A stretch of DNA of 64,000 nt from positions 62,682,001 through 62,746,000 of the forward strand of contig OX597823.1 in the NCBI GenBank assembly GCA_951406725.2. The letters run 5' to 3'. The translations under genes and the position numbers were made by a program. This document shows, piece by piece, positions 11,366 to 25,060 of this stretch; the first letter of the stretch is position 1, and each line of letters begins with the position of its first letter. Source of the DNA: Octopus vulgaris (taxonomy: Eukaryota). Under the pieces are notes generated by a model. The model did not search any database, was not told the DNA's origin, and saw only the letters and a list, made by a program, of their open reading frames with translations.

Positions 11366-11665
11366 CTCTTTACTCTTTTGCCGAACTGCTAAGTTATGAG
11401 GACGTAAACACACCAGCATCGGTTGTCAAGCGATGTTGGGGGTACAAACACAGACACACAAACATATACACACACACATACATATATACACATATACAAC
11501 GGACTTCTTTCAGTTTCCGTCTACCAAATCCACTCACAAGGCTTTGGTCGGCCTGAGGCTATAGAAGAAGACACTTGCCCGAGGTGCCACGCAGTGGGAC
11601 TGAACCTGGAACCATGTGGTTCGTAAGCAAGCTACTTACCACACCTATACAGCCACTCCTACACC
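11366..11665 (-). mobile_element. SINE family A
   Basis: Reverse-complement match to 6496-6905. Confidence 0.85.
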
Positions 11666-11679
11666 TATATATATATATA

Positions 11680-11855
11680 TATGAACAAGCAAGAAAATAA
11701 CAATGTGAGGACGTGGAATAAGTACAGTGTTATTGGACGCTCAGAAAAGAAAGAGGATTTCACATTTCAAGTGGAGCTCTTCGTCAGAAATATAGAAAAA
11801 GTCCAAAGAAGGGAAGACGGAGAAAGAAAATCGCCAACAATACACACGTGGTCAC
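11680..11855 (-). mobile_element. Penelope-like pseudo-LTR fragment with a degenerate minimal hammerhead
   Basis: Minus strand reads CTGACGA-AGAGCTCCACTT-GAAA-TGTG (11787-11761), then AATAAC. Confidence 0.5.
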
Positions 11856-11904
11856 ACATACACACACAACACATATATACATACACACACACACATATAT
11901 ATAT

Positions 11905-12548
11905 CCGACCATCCGAAGACCCGGCAAGACTAGTCAGGCCATAACCTGTGGCCCCTACCTGGGACGTAGTCAGTCCACCTGTGCATACCTTCCTTCTTGT
12001 GACACTTGTGAAGACCGAAGACCTGTTGAGGCAAGTGAAAATCAAAACAAATCAAAATAGATGAACATCAATGGAATTTGTATCTTTGTGGTACTAGTGC
12101 CGGTGGCACGTGGCACACAAGAAAACCATCCGAACGTGGCCGTAGCCAGTACCGCATCGACTGGCCTCCGTGCTGTGGGCACGTAACAAACACCATCCGA
12201 TCGTGGCCGTCTGCCAGCCTCATCTGGCACCTGTGTCGGTGGCACATAAAAACACCATCCGAGCGTGGCCGTCTGCCAGCCTTGTCTGGCAGCTGTGTCG
12301 GTGGCACATAAAAAACACCATCCGAGCGTGGCCGTTTGCCAGCCTCGTCTGGCACCTGTGTCGGTGGCACATAAAATCACCCACTACACTCTCGGAGTGG
12401 TTGGCGTTAGGAAGGGCATCCAGCTGTAGAAACACTGCCAGATCTGACTGGACTGGTGCAGCTTTCGGGCTCCCCAGACCCCAGTTGAACCGTCCAACCC
12501 ATGCTAGCATGGAAAGCGGACGTTAAATGATGATGATGATGATGATGA
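11905..12548 (+). mobile_element. RTE 3'UTR/tail element with a ~62-bp minisatellite (12100-12375) and (GAT)n tail
   Basis: Same tail as the RTE at 47770-49960. Confidence 0.85.
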
Positions 12549-12995
12549 TATATACATACACAACACATATACATACATACACATATATACATACACAAAC
12601 ACACACAGACACATACATACATACATATACTTTATTCGTGGTGTTAACCAGATTACCATTGATCTCATGTCAGGAGAAATATCTTTCAACAGTTATTCGG
12701 GTCTGTACCTTGGGACATTGGTGTTTGTCTCTATCTTGGATATAAACACAAAACAATAAAATTACGTGAGGTCTCATGTGACAAAAGCTCTTGTGAGCTT
12801 ATCATTATCATTTAATTGACACCTCTTGTGCTTAAGTGTCTGTCGAGACCATACAATGGAGGCATGCGTTTGCATATCATCATCTCTATTCCTTTCCTAT
12901 TCAATTATATCCTGAGCTTGTTGCTGATGCTTTGTGAGAGTCTTCCGACTCTGTTGCCCCACTGAAATTCCTTACACACATGCATACACACACGT

Positions 12996-13390
12996 AGGCC
13001 CAGGAGTGTCTGTGTGGTAAGTAGCTTGCTAACCAACTACATGGTTCCGGGTTCAGTCCCACTGTGTGGCATCTTGGGCAAGTGTCTTCTGCTATAGCCC
13101 CGGACCAACCAATGCTTTGTGAGTGGATTTGGTAGACGGAAACTGAAAGAAGCCTGTCGTATATATGTATGTATATATATGTGTATTTGTGTGTCTGTGT
13201 TTGTCCCCCTAGCATTGCTTGACAATCGATGCCGGTGTGTTTATGTCCCCGTCACTTAGCGGTTCGGCAAAAAGAGACCGATAGAATAAGTACTGGGCTG
13301 ACAAAGAATAAGTCCCGGGGTCGAGTTGCTCGACTAAAGGCGGTGCTCCAGCATGGCCGCAGTCAAATGACTGAAACAAGTAAAAGAGTA
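12996..13390 (+). mobile_element. SINE family A, full length
   Basis: Match to 6496-6905. Confidence 0.9.
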
Positions 13391-13426
13391 TTCACAACCA
13401 CACATACACAAACATACACACACTTA

Positions 13427-13750
13427 TCATCATCATCATCATCATTTAATGTCCGCTTTCCATGCTAGTATGGGTTTGACGATTTGCCTGAGGGCTGGCG
13501 AACCAGATGGCTGCACCAGACTCCAATCTTGATCTGGCAGGGTTTCTACAGCTGGATGCCCTTCCTAACACCAACCATTCCGAGAGTGTAGTGGGTGCTT
13601 TTACGTCCCACCAGCACGGGGGCCAGTCAGGTGGTACTGGCAATGACCTCGCTCGAATGTTTTTACACATGCCACCAGTACAAGTGCCAGTAAGGCAATG
13701 CTGGTAACGATCATGCTTGAATGGTGCCTTTTACGTGCCACCGGCACGAA
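13427..13750 (-). mobile_element. RTE-tail element (further copies ~17240-17455 -, 20146-20545 -, 28253-28530 +, 50330-50490 -, 60413-60590 -, 62730-62910 +)
   Basis: (CAT)n followed by tttaatgtccgctttccatgctag...ctggatgcccttcctaac. Confidence 0.85.
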
Positions 13751-14735
13751 AGTCTTTGACTATCAGCCCAAGACTATAGCAGAAGACATTTGCCCAAAGT
13801 ACCATGCATTTGGACTGAACCCACAACCATGTGATTGGGAAGCAAACTTCTCACCACACAACCACACGAAGTTTTTCTCTCATTATAGATGCAATCTTTC
13901 TATCACATTATAGCACTATACATGACACACAACCCTATTGGATCACAGAGCAGAGGGAGTTTGACAGGAATACTATTTGAAGCTGCAACCAAAACAGTCA
14001 TTTTATCATGCACCTAATTTATCTGTTTCCACTTGTATACATACTCATATATATACATACATATATATATATATATACACACACATACACACTCACATGT
14101 ATATGTATTTATATATATAATGTGTGTTATATGTCTGTATAGTTCTGCATGATGAAAATCCCTTTTCCTTTTACATGTGTTTATAAAAAGATAACTATAT
14201 TCCACTTTTAGTTCTTATGCAATAGTTTACTGGCTTTTTTATCTTTCTCTTCTTTTTAACAAATGTCTTTATGTGTGAATTAGATCACTAATGTTTGTAA
14301 GGTTCATTTTACCATTATCAGTACCCTTTTGGTCTTTTCGGGGTGAAACCATTTGTACTGACATGTGATTTTGGTTGGGTATTTTCTTTTTCTTTTTGGT
14401 GGGTGGAGGTTCCTAATTTTAGCAAACCTCAGGAACACCTGTTTTGTTTTTATTTCATTATCTTATTTTGCTTTTACATTTCACTATTAATTAGTCAAAG
14501 AAGGAGAATCATACCTATGATCTTTGTCTGCATTCCCAGTCTGGTGAGAATTAAGTGGTTGTTGTTCAGTTTGGCTCTCTTTTGATGTATGCCTACAGGA
14601 AAATTGTAGGCAAGATTGACTTCCAGAAAGCTGTGCAGACCTTGCAAAAAAATGATAGAGAAATGGTATTGGATGGGTCGGAAAGCTGGGACACAACAGC
14701 GATGATGAGAGGAAGAAAGGCACAAGTAGCATATA

Positions 14736-15112
14736 CACTACCGTCAGAAATTAATTAGCACCCTTGATTTGCTCTTCACTCAAGGTATGTGCTGTCACCT
14801 AGTGGCCATATCTCGAACTATTGCTTTGTTGCGAGTTCACTGTTGCGCAGAACGATGACGTAACTTTGTTTGCAGAGCAGTTTGAGAGTCTACAGCCTTA
14901 TGATGTTGACATAGCAGTGCAACAACTTGGAGTGCGGATGCAGACAAATCTTCCTTTGTTTAATAGATATAGGTAGCGCCTCGCAAGGACCGAAATCACA
15001 CCATACTAAGTTTTCTCATCGCGTAAGACGTTTTGAACAGCTCATAGGTTAATTGATTTAACCTATTTAATGTAGAAATTTGAGAAGTGCTAATTAATTT
15101 CTGACGCAAGTG
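14736..15112. mobile_element. Tc1-type MITE
   Basis: 26-bp TIRs CACTACCGTCAGAAATTAATTAGCAC / GTGCTAATTAATTTCTGACGCAAGTG with TA TSD. Still CpG-rich, so probably young. Confidence 0.9.
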
Positions 15113-15869
15113 TAGTTTACTAATTCAGACTACCAACAGTCATTATAGTAGGGTTAGCAGAGCACATCAGTGAGTTAGTGATTGTAGTGTGTTGGGGAGT
15201 GAATGCTTGCTAACCAACAGTATAGCTTTTGCATTTTGTAGGGAGATCACTGATTTTAAATCCTCTACTTCCATAAAATACGTGACATAACATCAAGCAA
15301 CTCTTAATAGTATTCCTGTTAAACTCCCTCTGCTGTGTGAGCCAAAAAGGTTCTGTGTGACCTGTAATACAAAGATCACATATGAGAGAAAAACATTAAC
15401 CATGGATTTGGGGTTCCTTTATTTCATCTGTTACATACTGTTTCTGTGTTTGGTAATTGATGACGTTATATTACATGTTTTATAAATGCAATTCACAGAG
15501 ATGTCATTGTTTCTGTATGTAGTTAGTACTTGATCATTCTTCTTGCTTGTAAAAAGCTTTTTGTTGCCATGACATATGTGAAGTTAGGTAGATGTTAGGA
15601 AAAATTATAATGAAGTATTCAATGTATCACAGCTATATATTATTAACCAATGTAGTTAGGCAATAGCAAGAGTGGAAAATACTGATTGCTAGTCTTAGTC
15701 ATGTCAGTGTTGATCACTATTTGGTTTGGATTCTCTGACACCAGGCTCTGCATTAGTTGGGGACACTCTTATGACATGGCACAATCACAGGACCAAAATA
15801 CAGACAAGCATATCTGTTCCTCTATTATGCTCTTATGGCATTTCATAGCATCAACAACTGGAATTCATT

Positions 15870-16955
15870 ATCATCATCATCATTTAATGCCTGTTTTCCA
15901 TGCTGGCATGGGTTGGAAGATTTGACTGAAAAATAGTAAGCTGGGGAGCTGCACCAGGTTCCAATCTGATTTGGCATGGTTTCTATGGCTAGATGACCTC
16001 CCTAATGCCAACCACTCCAAGTGTGTAGTGGGTGTGTTTTACATGCCACCGGCACGGGCACCAGTTATGCAATACCAGCATCGGACATGACTATGACCTC
16101 ACTTGGTTTGATAGGTCTTCTCCAGCACAGTAAATCACCAAAGGTCTCAGCCACCTGTTACTGCCTCCATGAGGCTTAACATTCAAACAGTGCTTTTTGT
16201 GTGTTACCGGCAGATTACTAGATTAACTCTAAAGCCCTTTGATTCTAGACCTTGCTTCCACATCTGAAATTTCTTCTCCAGTTCTGGTAGTGATTTGGCT
16301 ATAAGAACAAGGTCATCAGCATAGAGGAGCTCCTAGTGGCAGCTGTCGTAAAATCCTGTTATTGTCCAGAGGACTATGATAAACAAGAGGGAGCTGAGGA
16401 CTGGTCATTGGTGAACCCCTACTTGTACCCTGAATTCATCGCTATACACATTGCTAACTTTCACTTATGGCTTGTACAGTTTTTACCAACCACTCATCTA
16501 TTTCTAGATTCCGCATCGATCACCAGATAAAGAAGCAGGGACCCTGTCAAAGGTTTTCTCCAGGTCAACAAAAACCAGGTACAATAGCTAGATATTTCTT
16601 TTGCAGTTGTCTAGCCAGGAATATAGCATCAGTCATGCACCTGCCTGGCACAAATCCAAACTGCATCTCATCTATGCTAACTCTGTTCCTAATTAAGTGA
16701 GCTATGACCCTTTCTGTGACTTCAAACACCTGATCCAGCAAGCAGTTGACTTTGATGCTGCTATACCAATCATTGAGTATGACTCCCTAGTGGACAACCT
16801 GATTAACTATATGGGTGACTAGGCTCCATCAGATATTTTAAGCATCTCAATGGTGATTCTTGATGGGCTGGGGGCTTTTCTTGTCTTCATATTCTTAATT
16901 GCTTTATCTACTAAGCTACTGTCAATTCGGATAGCTGGTCCTTCAGTTGGGACTA
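15870..16955 (-). mobile_element. RTE LINE RT fragment plus tail
   Basis: Minus strand reads GKAPSPSRITIEMLK, MQFGFVPGR, VHQ..VLSSLLF and ELLYADDL. Confidence 0.85.
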
Positions 16956-18466
16956 TCTTCCCATTGTGGTTGCTATTTAATTAATTGTTGATTTTCCATG
17001 TTGTCACTGCTTGAATAAATTAGTGATGGTGTTGACATTACTTGATGAAATTATGACTGGTTGCGCCATGCTTTCGAAGAATTGAGTGTGGAATAAAGAA
17101 AGCTCTAACTTGGAAACAGGTAAGACAAGAAATACATCGACTGTGAAATCTTAACTAAAAATAATCACCCATTTGACCCCTGCAAGCATGGAAAGATGGA
17201 CATTAAAACAAAAAAAAAAATAAATAAAATGGTCAAATCATCATCATCATCGTTTAACATCTGCTTTCCATGCTAGCATGGGTTGGACGATTTGACTGAG
17301 GGGTGGCGAACCAGATGGCTGCACCAGGCTCCAATCTTGATCTGGCAGAGTTTCTACAGCTGGATGCCCTTCATAACGCCGAGAGTGTAGTGGGTGCTTT
17401 TACGTGCCACCAGCACGGGGGCCAGTCAGGTGGTACTGGCAACGACCTTGCTCGAATATGTTAGTTTATGTGTGGAAACACCACTTACCCAGATATACTC
17501 TAAAGCAAGTCTTACTTCAGCTTTATATAAAGTTTAGTAAGTGATCAGAGCTGCTGGAGTACTCTCTGAAATAAAAGAAGCCTAGTTTCTAAGACAGAGT
17601 TTTGCTCTCATCATGATAGATCATATGAGATTGCGAAACCTATTATCTATATATCCTGCCTTGAAAGGTAGTAGTTGTGTTTTATTCATAAGTAGAAAGA
17701 GAGAACTACGTGACTGCTTCTTTGTTGTGTGTAGTGACTGTGCCTTCATGTTGTTGAAAAAAAGACTAACTTAGATTATCACATTACTAAAATATTTTGG
17801 CAAATTAAATTTAATTGTTGAAGTGAATCTAACGGTTTTTGTTTGTTTCTTAAATGGCTTATAACACCTTCCACGCTGCAATTGTTTTCGTTCCAGCACA
17901 CGATCTCAGATCAGGTCACTTGCTATGCAAGTACATCTCTGTAAATGTTTTTGAAGTTTGATTTAATGGATGTTGAATGACTGGTAGGATTGAAATTGGT
18001 TGCATGATGTTTCCCATACATAATCAAGTCCATTTTAGGCTTCTGACGAGACCATTTATTTATACATAAATATTACAATGATAACAAAGGTTACTTGCTG
18101 GAGGCTGTATCTGATAACCAGGAGTGAGTTATATATGTTGGGTGTAAGCTAAGAATTAGATAGCTACATATTCGTGTTGTAAGAGGTGGGAAAATCGTAG
18201 ACAAACAATTCCTTTTAACCCAATCAAGCAGTAACCAAGAAGCTTACCTATTCAAGGACCTCTGTTGCCTCTACCTCTCCCTACTGATTGTGATACACAT
18301 CTCAATTAATAGCCAAGTTTTGCAGGAAACTCATGGAAATTCCTGTTCTAAATTGTATGCTTCAATAATCACAGTTGAAATACCATTGGCTAACCATTAG
18401 GCCAAGATCACCTGATATGCTGTGGCCTATTTTCATTACTGAGCTAACATGGTGTTAAATCTAAAC

Positions 18467-18768
18467 CAGTGGTTCTCAACTAGAGTCCATGTAAGATTTT
18501 TGGGAGTCCACACAACAATAAATTGGAGATCCACAATAGCATTTTAAGGGCCTGGAAAAATTTTGCTTTAGATGTAAGTATTGGTATATGTTGCTAGGTT
18601 TCTCTCTATAACATTTTACATAGTTCAACCTACATAAATTGCTTGTGAAAACATTAATAAATAACATTCTATAAAACTAGTTTTTAAACATCAAATGGCT
18701 ATGGGAGTCCATCAAAATAAAATAGCAATCAAAGAGGTCCATAGATAAAATACGGTTGAGGACCCCTA
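18467..18768. mobile_element. hAT (Charlie-like) MITE
   Basis: TIRs CAGTGGTTCTCAAC / GTTGAGGACCCCTA and a perfect 8-bp TSD ATCTAAAC. Confidence 0.9.
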
Positions 18769-19364
18769 ATCTAAACCCTGCCACATTTTCGAGGTCTGTA
18801 TTCATGGAAGCAGTGCATGCTGGCGTGGGGTGTGTATATTACATGCAATTGCCAGGGAAAAATAGCATACTTTGTTATCAAACAAAATACTTGGTCATTC
18901 CTCAGGTTGCATAGATTCTACTTAACACCATTACATGCAGTGATACTAAACAAAAGAAGTCAAAATTAAAACTCATTGAATTTTAATGAACAGCACCATT
19001 ATATACAGCCAATGAAGGAGTCTTAATATGGTCACTAAATGTGCTAGAAAGAGCAGTTATGTCACCCTTAAATCACAGCCAACTATTTTAAAAAGGAATG
19101 TTTGATAATGTAGTCCTGAGTTCTATACATATGAATAAAAGGACAGGGTGGTCATGGTAGGAATGCTTTTGATCACAGATCTGCATAGTCAGGTTGATTT
19201 GGAACTAAATGATGACAATAACAGGGACATCCTTGATGACTTTTTCATTTATTCTTTTACTTGTTTCACTGAGTGAATTGCAGCTATGGTGGGGTATCAT
19301 CCTGAAGGATTTAGTCAAAGTACTTGCTGGGTTTTTTTAATCTGCTACATACTCTGTTTCTTTT

Positions 19365-20145
19365 TAGCGTGAAATTTGCCAAATATTTCTCAAAGAAAAA
19401 CAAACTTAACATGTACAATATCCATTAGGTAAAATTCAAACATTGCTCTCCATAAAACGATTCCAAGCTAATTTGGGGCTCTAGAAGACTTGTGTAGTTC
19501 GATTTAGGGCATTTTGTCATAGAAATATTTATATACTTAATAATCAGTTCGTCTATTTCTTGACATTCAGGCTCAAACTCGATATTTGAAGCCTTGGATT
19601 TGTGTTCCATTTGCCCTCTTGCTGTGTTGGAATACAACAGTTTTACAAGTGGTATCAGTATACCACCCTCTTTATTGATTTTTTTCCTTTTTCACCATAT
19701 CGTGGCTAGATTCAGCAATAACAATACTGAATTCATGAGAAATTTTTCTTTCTTATGATATAAAAATACTGAAGAAAATATGATCTTTTCCAGGTGAAAA
19801 TTAATAAAATTTTCAATTTTATATTTCATAACAATTATCTGCCCCTATCGATTTTTATAACCAAAATAAAGCAAAAAGTATCTTCTTCATGAATGTATGA
19901 TTTTCAACACAAGTCAAGGTATAGTACTCCAGCACATTGAACAAGAACAAGGGCTACCATTCAGCAATCAAAAAGAAAAGAACAGGACAAACTTTGTGAA
20001 TGGATGGAAATACCAGGGGGATTGAAGGACCCTGGCATATGTAAGTGTCAGATTTTGATCAAATCTATTTAAGAAGAAAGTTCACATCCAGAAATTTCAA
20101 ATGATATATAATTTGCCATCAAAAAAATGTACTTTGACATGAAAA
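19365..20145. repeat. ~800-bp segment also present at 43905-44712; unknown family
   Basis: Colinear similarity along the whole length, e.g. gaaggaccctggcatatgtaagtgtcagattttgatcaaatctat is identical in both copies. Confidence 0.85.
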
Positions 20146-20821
20146 TCATCATCATCATTTAATGTCCGCTTTCCATGCTAGCATGGGTTGGATGATTTGA
20201 CTGAGGTCTGGCAAACCAGATGGCTGCACCAGACTCCAATCTGATCTGGCAGAGTTTCTAAGGCTGGACGCCCTTCCTAACGCCAACCACTCCGAGAGTG
20301 TAGTGGGTGCTTTTACGTACCACCAGCACGAGGGCCAGTCAGGCGGTACTGGCAGCAGCCACGCTGAAATGGTGCTTTTTATGTGCCACATGCATGGGAG
20401 CCAGTTCAGCGGCACTGGCAACGACCTCGTTCGAATGTTTTTTCATGTGCCACCAGCACAATTGCCAGTAAGGCGACGTAGGTAACGATGATGCACGAAT
20501 GATGCTTTTTTACATGCCATTGGCACGGAGGCCAGCTTGTTGCTCTCAAGCAAAATGTTTTTGCTTGGTCAAACTGTGCTTGCATCCCTGGTACTTTATA
20601 GGGATAACTAATATATGGTAATCTTGAAGAAGACCAGTTTTAAAAACATTCTTGATAAACAAAATTAAAATAATTTCATATTGAACAAATGTAAAGAATG
20701 TAACACATTACAAAACCAAAAGATAAATAAGCAAGCAAGAAAGAAATTTTCCAAAATAGTTATCTAATAAATATGGCTTTATTGAAATATCGTGTAATCA
20801 CCACTCCTTTTTCCATACTCT

Positions 20822-21240
20822 TTACTCTTTTTTTTTTACTCTTTTTACTTGTTTCAGTCATTTGACTGCAGCCATGCTGGAGCACCGCCTTTAGTCGAGT
20901 AAATCGACCCCGGGACTTATTCTTTGTAAGCCCAGTACTTATTCTATCGGTCTCTTTTGCCGAACCGCTAAGTGACGGGGACGTAAACACACCAGCATCA
21001 GTTGTCAAGCAATGCTAGGGGAACAAACACAGACACACAAACATATTCACACACACTTATATATATATACATATATACGACAGGCTTCTTTCAGTTTCCG
21101 TCTACCAAATCCACTCACAAGGCATTGGTCGGCCCGGGGCTATAGCAGAAGACACTTGCCCAAGATGCCACGCAGTGGGACTGAACCCGGAACCATGTGG
21201 TTGGTTAGCAAGCTACTTACCAAACAGCCACTCCTGCGCA
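20822..21240 (-). mobile_element. SINE family A, full length
   Basis: Reverse-complement match to 6496-6905. Confidence 0.9.
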
Positions 21241-21659
21241 TATTTTTTTGTTTTCAAATGTTCGTACAACCAACAACTGTAATAATGCAATATCTTTGGG
21301 ATAGTTATGCACAGAGAAATCTATAACTGTCTTACAGATACTGCAGACATCCAACAATTATTGACATACTACAAAACTCAAAAAAGGCCTATTGTGGGAG
21401 CTGCTGCTGCTCACACAAACACCAAAGACAATATCCGGAAAAGAGCCACCTGATTGGCATAAAGACATTCACCTGACATATTCCATCCTCTGGTCCTCTT
21501 TCTCCCTTTTCAACAACTACCATAATGGTCTCTGTTCCTCAGAGCTGACTGGCTTCAAGTCAACAATACTCAAGCATTCTTCAACCCACTATTTTTTCCT
21601 TATCATGATAACACTGCAATGCTTAATTTTGACCATTTTCAAGAGAAGTCACTACTAGT

Positions 21660-22120
21660 TACTTCGGAAGTCTTCTTTGAACAGTCAAATGTCGGTTTAC
21701 CTGGACAGACACTCCCATGTCACAGGCAATGGACCTGATTGACTTGGAAGGATTGTTATCAATCATGGCCTGGATCTCATCAACAAATTCAGGTATTCTT
21801 TTCTTATCAGAACAATCAGAGTGAGTTTTCTGAGCTGCTGTACCTTTGTAATCACCATTAAACTCATCCAACTCTTTCTGAATCCTCTGCACTGTCCTCA
21901 GATTGACACCCAAACACTATGAAATGTTCACATTGGAGCTTCCAGTGCGAATGCCAAGCATGTCGTTTCCAAATTTCTGGCAGAGTGAATCGTGTCATGG
22001 TGCTGTTTTTCTCATAGATGTTGCCCAACTGACCCTACTATACTGTGTAATCAACAAAAGTAAAAACAATGTGCAAAATTTAAAATATAAAATGGTGGCA
22101 ATTTATCCATAGTACCCTGC
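21660..22120 (-). mobile_element. Tc1/mariner (maT/DD37D-like) 5' fragment, transposase HTH region
   Basis: VNLRTVQRIQKEL...IQAMIDNNPSKSIRSIACDMGVS; terminus CAGGGTACTATGGATAAATTG. Confidence 0.75.
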
Positions 22121-23409
22121 ATATGTAATACTTGGTTTCAAATTTTGACACAAGGCCAGCAATTTCAAGGAGGGGATAAAATGATGACATTAACCCCAGC
22201 ACTCAACAGGTACTTATTTTAATGACCCTGAAAGGATGAAATGCACAGTCAATCCATTGACTAGAAAGCAAACTTCTTAACACACAGCCACACTTGCACC
22301 TATATATGTGTATGTGAGTGTACAAATCATTTAGCATCCATCTTCCATGCTGACATGTGTTGCATAGTTTGAAAAGACCGGACAAGCCAGAGGATTGTGT
22401 TGAGCTCCAATGCCTGCTTTGGTATTGTTTCTACAGTTTAATGCCCTTCCAGCCACTTAACAAAATGTACTAGGTGCTGATTTTCATGGCATATGCACAA
22501 GTGAGGTCATCAAGTAACTTACTAGACAAGACCCCTCAACTGAGTGGGTTTGTAATATTGAAGGAGGTGGCTTTATGCTAGGCATCAAAAGGTTAAAGTA
22601 TGATAGAGAGACAGGAACAGGTGTCTTGCCATTGAGGATAAATATGGTTACCCCAGTGAATGAATTTGGTAGACAGAACAGAAGTTGTAGGAAAAGCATT
22701 TCTGCTTGAATTTCATTTCATTGAAAGACTATGTCAGCATATAGGTCAATGTCACATTATGGTATCGGACTCCTGCTAAGAAAGGCTATAATGAAAGTCT
22801 TCTGTTTAAATCAACAAATGAGAAAATAATCAGCAGTAAAGAAAGAAAAGAGATGGTGCTGACGAGGTGTCAGGGTGTAGTGTCATGGTACAAGAAGCTA
22901 AATAAGAGAGACTAGGGACAGAGGATGAGAAAAGGTAAATGAGCAGGTAGGTGTATGAGAACATGAAAGGTGAGTGACGTGGTTAGAGATGGAGATAGAG
23001 GTGAATGCAGTGAATATTGAACAGAAGTGGAAGCATTGTAAATGAGGAATATCAACTTGGAGGGAAGGTGAAGTTAAATGGGAATGGGTGAAGGAGGAGG
23101 AAGAAATGATAAGTGACATACAAAAGAAAAAGAGTAGGAAGCAACAGTATAATAAAACAGTACAATTCTATATTTCTGAGATGAAATATGTAGCCAGTGC
23201 ATGTTATGTTGTAGAGTGGTTAATGTTAGGAAGGGCATCCAGCCATAGAAACCATGCCAAACACACTAGAGCACAAGCTGATCATGTCAAACCAACATAT
23301 CCATGCCAGCATGGAACATAAGTAATGCAATAACAAAGACAAATTTAGAATGTCTGAAAGAGGGAGATCAGGAGAGAAAAAAAACACCAAATAGCTAAAA
23401 AGAGTTAGC

Positions 23410-25060
23410 ATATGTTTTATGACACGTGGATCAAGGGTGTAAGGTGTTCCAGTTTGCTGGACAGTGCACTAGAGAAAATTGAAATATTATCAGGAACTGT
23501 GTATGATAACAGTACACTTGCTATCATTAACACTGATAAGAGAGAGGCATTGAAATGCTACCAAGAGAGGCTGCTAAATGTGGAGAAAGCATTGGGAGAA
23601 ATAGAGCCTACCACATGCAAACCCAACAGAGGGAACAGTCATCCAAGTTGACAGCAGTGTAGTAAATAAAGCAATAAGAAATGAAACTAAGGAAAGCAGC
23701 TGTGCCACTAGAGATCATCGCTGCAAGGCTTAAAATATCTAGAGAAATAGGGTACAGAATGGTTACTCTAATAGTAAATCAAGTAATACAGGAAGATATC
23801 ATACTCAATTACTGGTACTGATAACAAAAGTAACTGCAGAAACATCAAACTGTTGTACAAGCTTATGAAAGTTACAGAATGAGTTATTGCAAAACTGATT
23901 AAGGACAGGATTCATCTAGAGAAGATGCGGTTTGGTTTTGTCCCAGGAAGAAGCCCTATTGATGTCATATTCCTTGAGAGTCAACTGCAAGAGAAATACA
24001 TGACTATCTGGCATTTATTGATATAGAAAAGAGCTTTGACAGGGTGCCTCGCAGTGATCTGATGGTCACTAAAGAAACTAGAGGTATATCAGGGTTCAGT
24101 TCTCAGTCCCTTCCTATTTATTATAATCCTCCAAGTCATAACAGAGGAATTTAAGACTGACTGCCTTAGGGAACTCCTGTATGCTAATGACTTAGCTCTT
24201 ATAGCTGAATCAGTAGAAAAATTGAAGCTAAAATTCCAGACACAGAAGCAAAATCTGGAATTGAATAGCCTTAAAGTTTTACTAAGTAGGAAAACCAGAC
24301 TCTTATAGAATCAGATGCGGAAAAAAGTTGGTAAAAGTTCCATGAGGTGTGCTTAATGTAATTATCAGACACAAAGGCCCTAGTCTAATCAACGCATGTA
24401 GGGGGATTTAAGGCAGACAGATAGAGAAGGTAGATTTCAGATGCAGCAGGTACACTGGGGCAATAAATAAAAAAGGGCTTGGGAAATGGATTGTCTCAAA
24501 TGCCAAGATTACTCCCAAGAAATAGTTGATAGCTTTTGGAAATTAGGTGACTAAATTATCAGAGGATATGGATGTTATGAAAATGTGGTAGCTAATATAA
24601 AAATAGGTTGGAGAAAGTTTAGGAAGCTTTCACCTCTGCTGACACATAAAGGACTTATATCAAGGGAAGGTTATATGATGCTAATATGTGAAGTGCACTG
24701 CTGCACAGCAACAAGATATGGTCTTCGAGTGTGGAAGATATACAAAGTATAAAAAGAAATGAGATGAACACATTGGAGGTGTCATGTTAGTGTGCATGAA
24801 TAACAAAGTATAAATGAACTGAGTAAGAAAGAGGACGTAAGAGCAGGATGTAGTGTGCAAAAGAAGAGAATGTGATATGAATGGAGGATAACAGCTGTGT
24901 AAGCAAGTGCTTTGCACTTGGAGTGAATGGTACCTGTGGAAGAAAGAAATTAGGGATGAAGTGGTGAAAAATGACCTTAAGATATTACAGCTGATGAAGT
25001 TGATAATCGAAGATCACATCAACTGGTGATACGGAGTGCTTCAGAAGACCCAACCTCCCA
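23410..25060 (+). mobile_element. Old RTE LINE (RT to 3' end), heavily mutated
   Basis: FGFVPGRSPIDVIFL, AFIDIEKSFDRVP, QGSVLSPFLF and ELLYANDL remnants. Confidence 0.85.

Noticed and set aside
19365-20145. Mitochondrial insertion (shared TGA read as Trp)
   Set aside because: The translation resembles no mitochondrial protein I recognise; CGA-to-TGA decay or pre-duplication stops are simpler.
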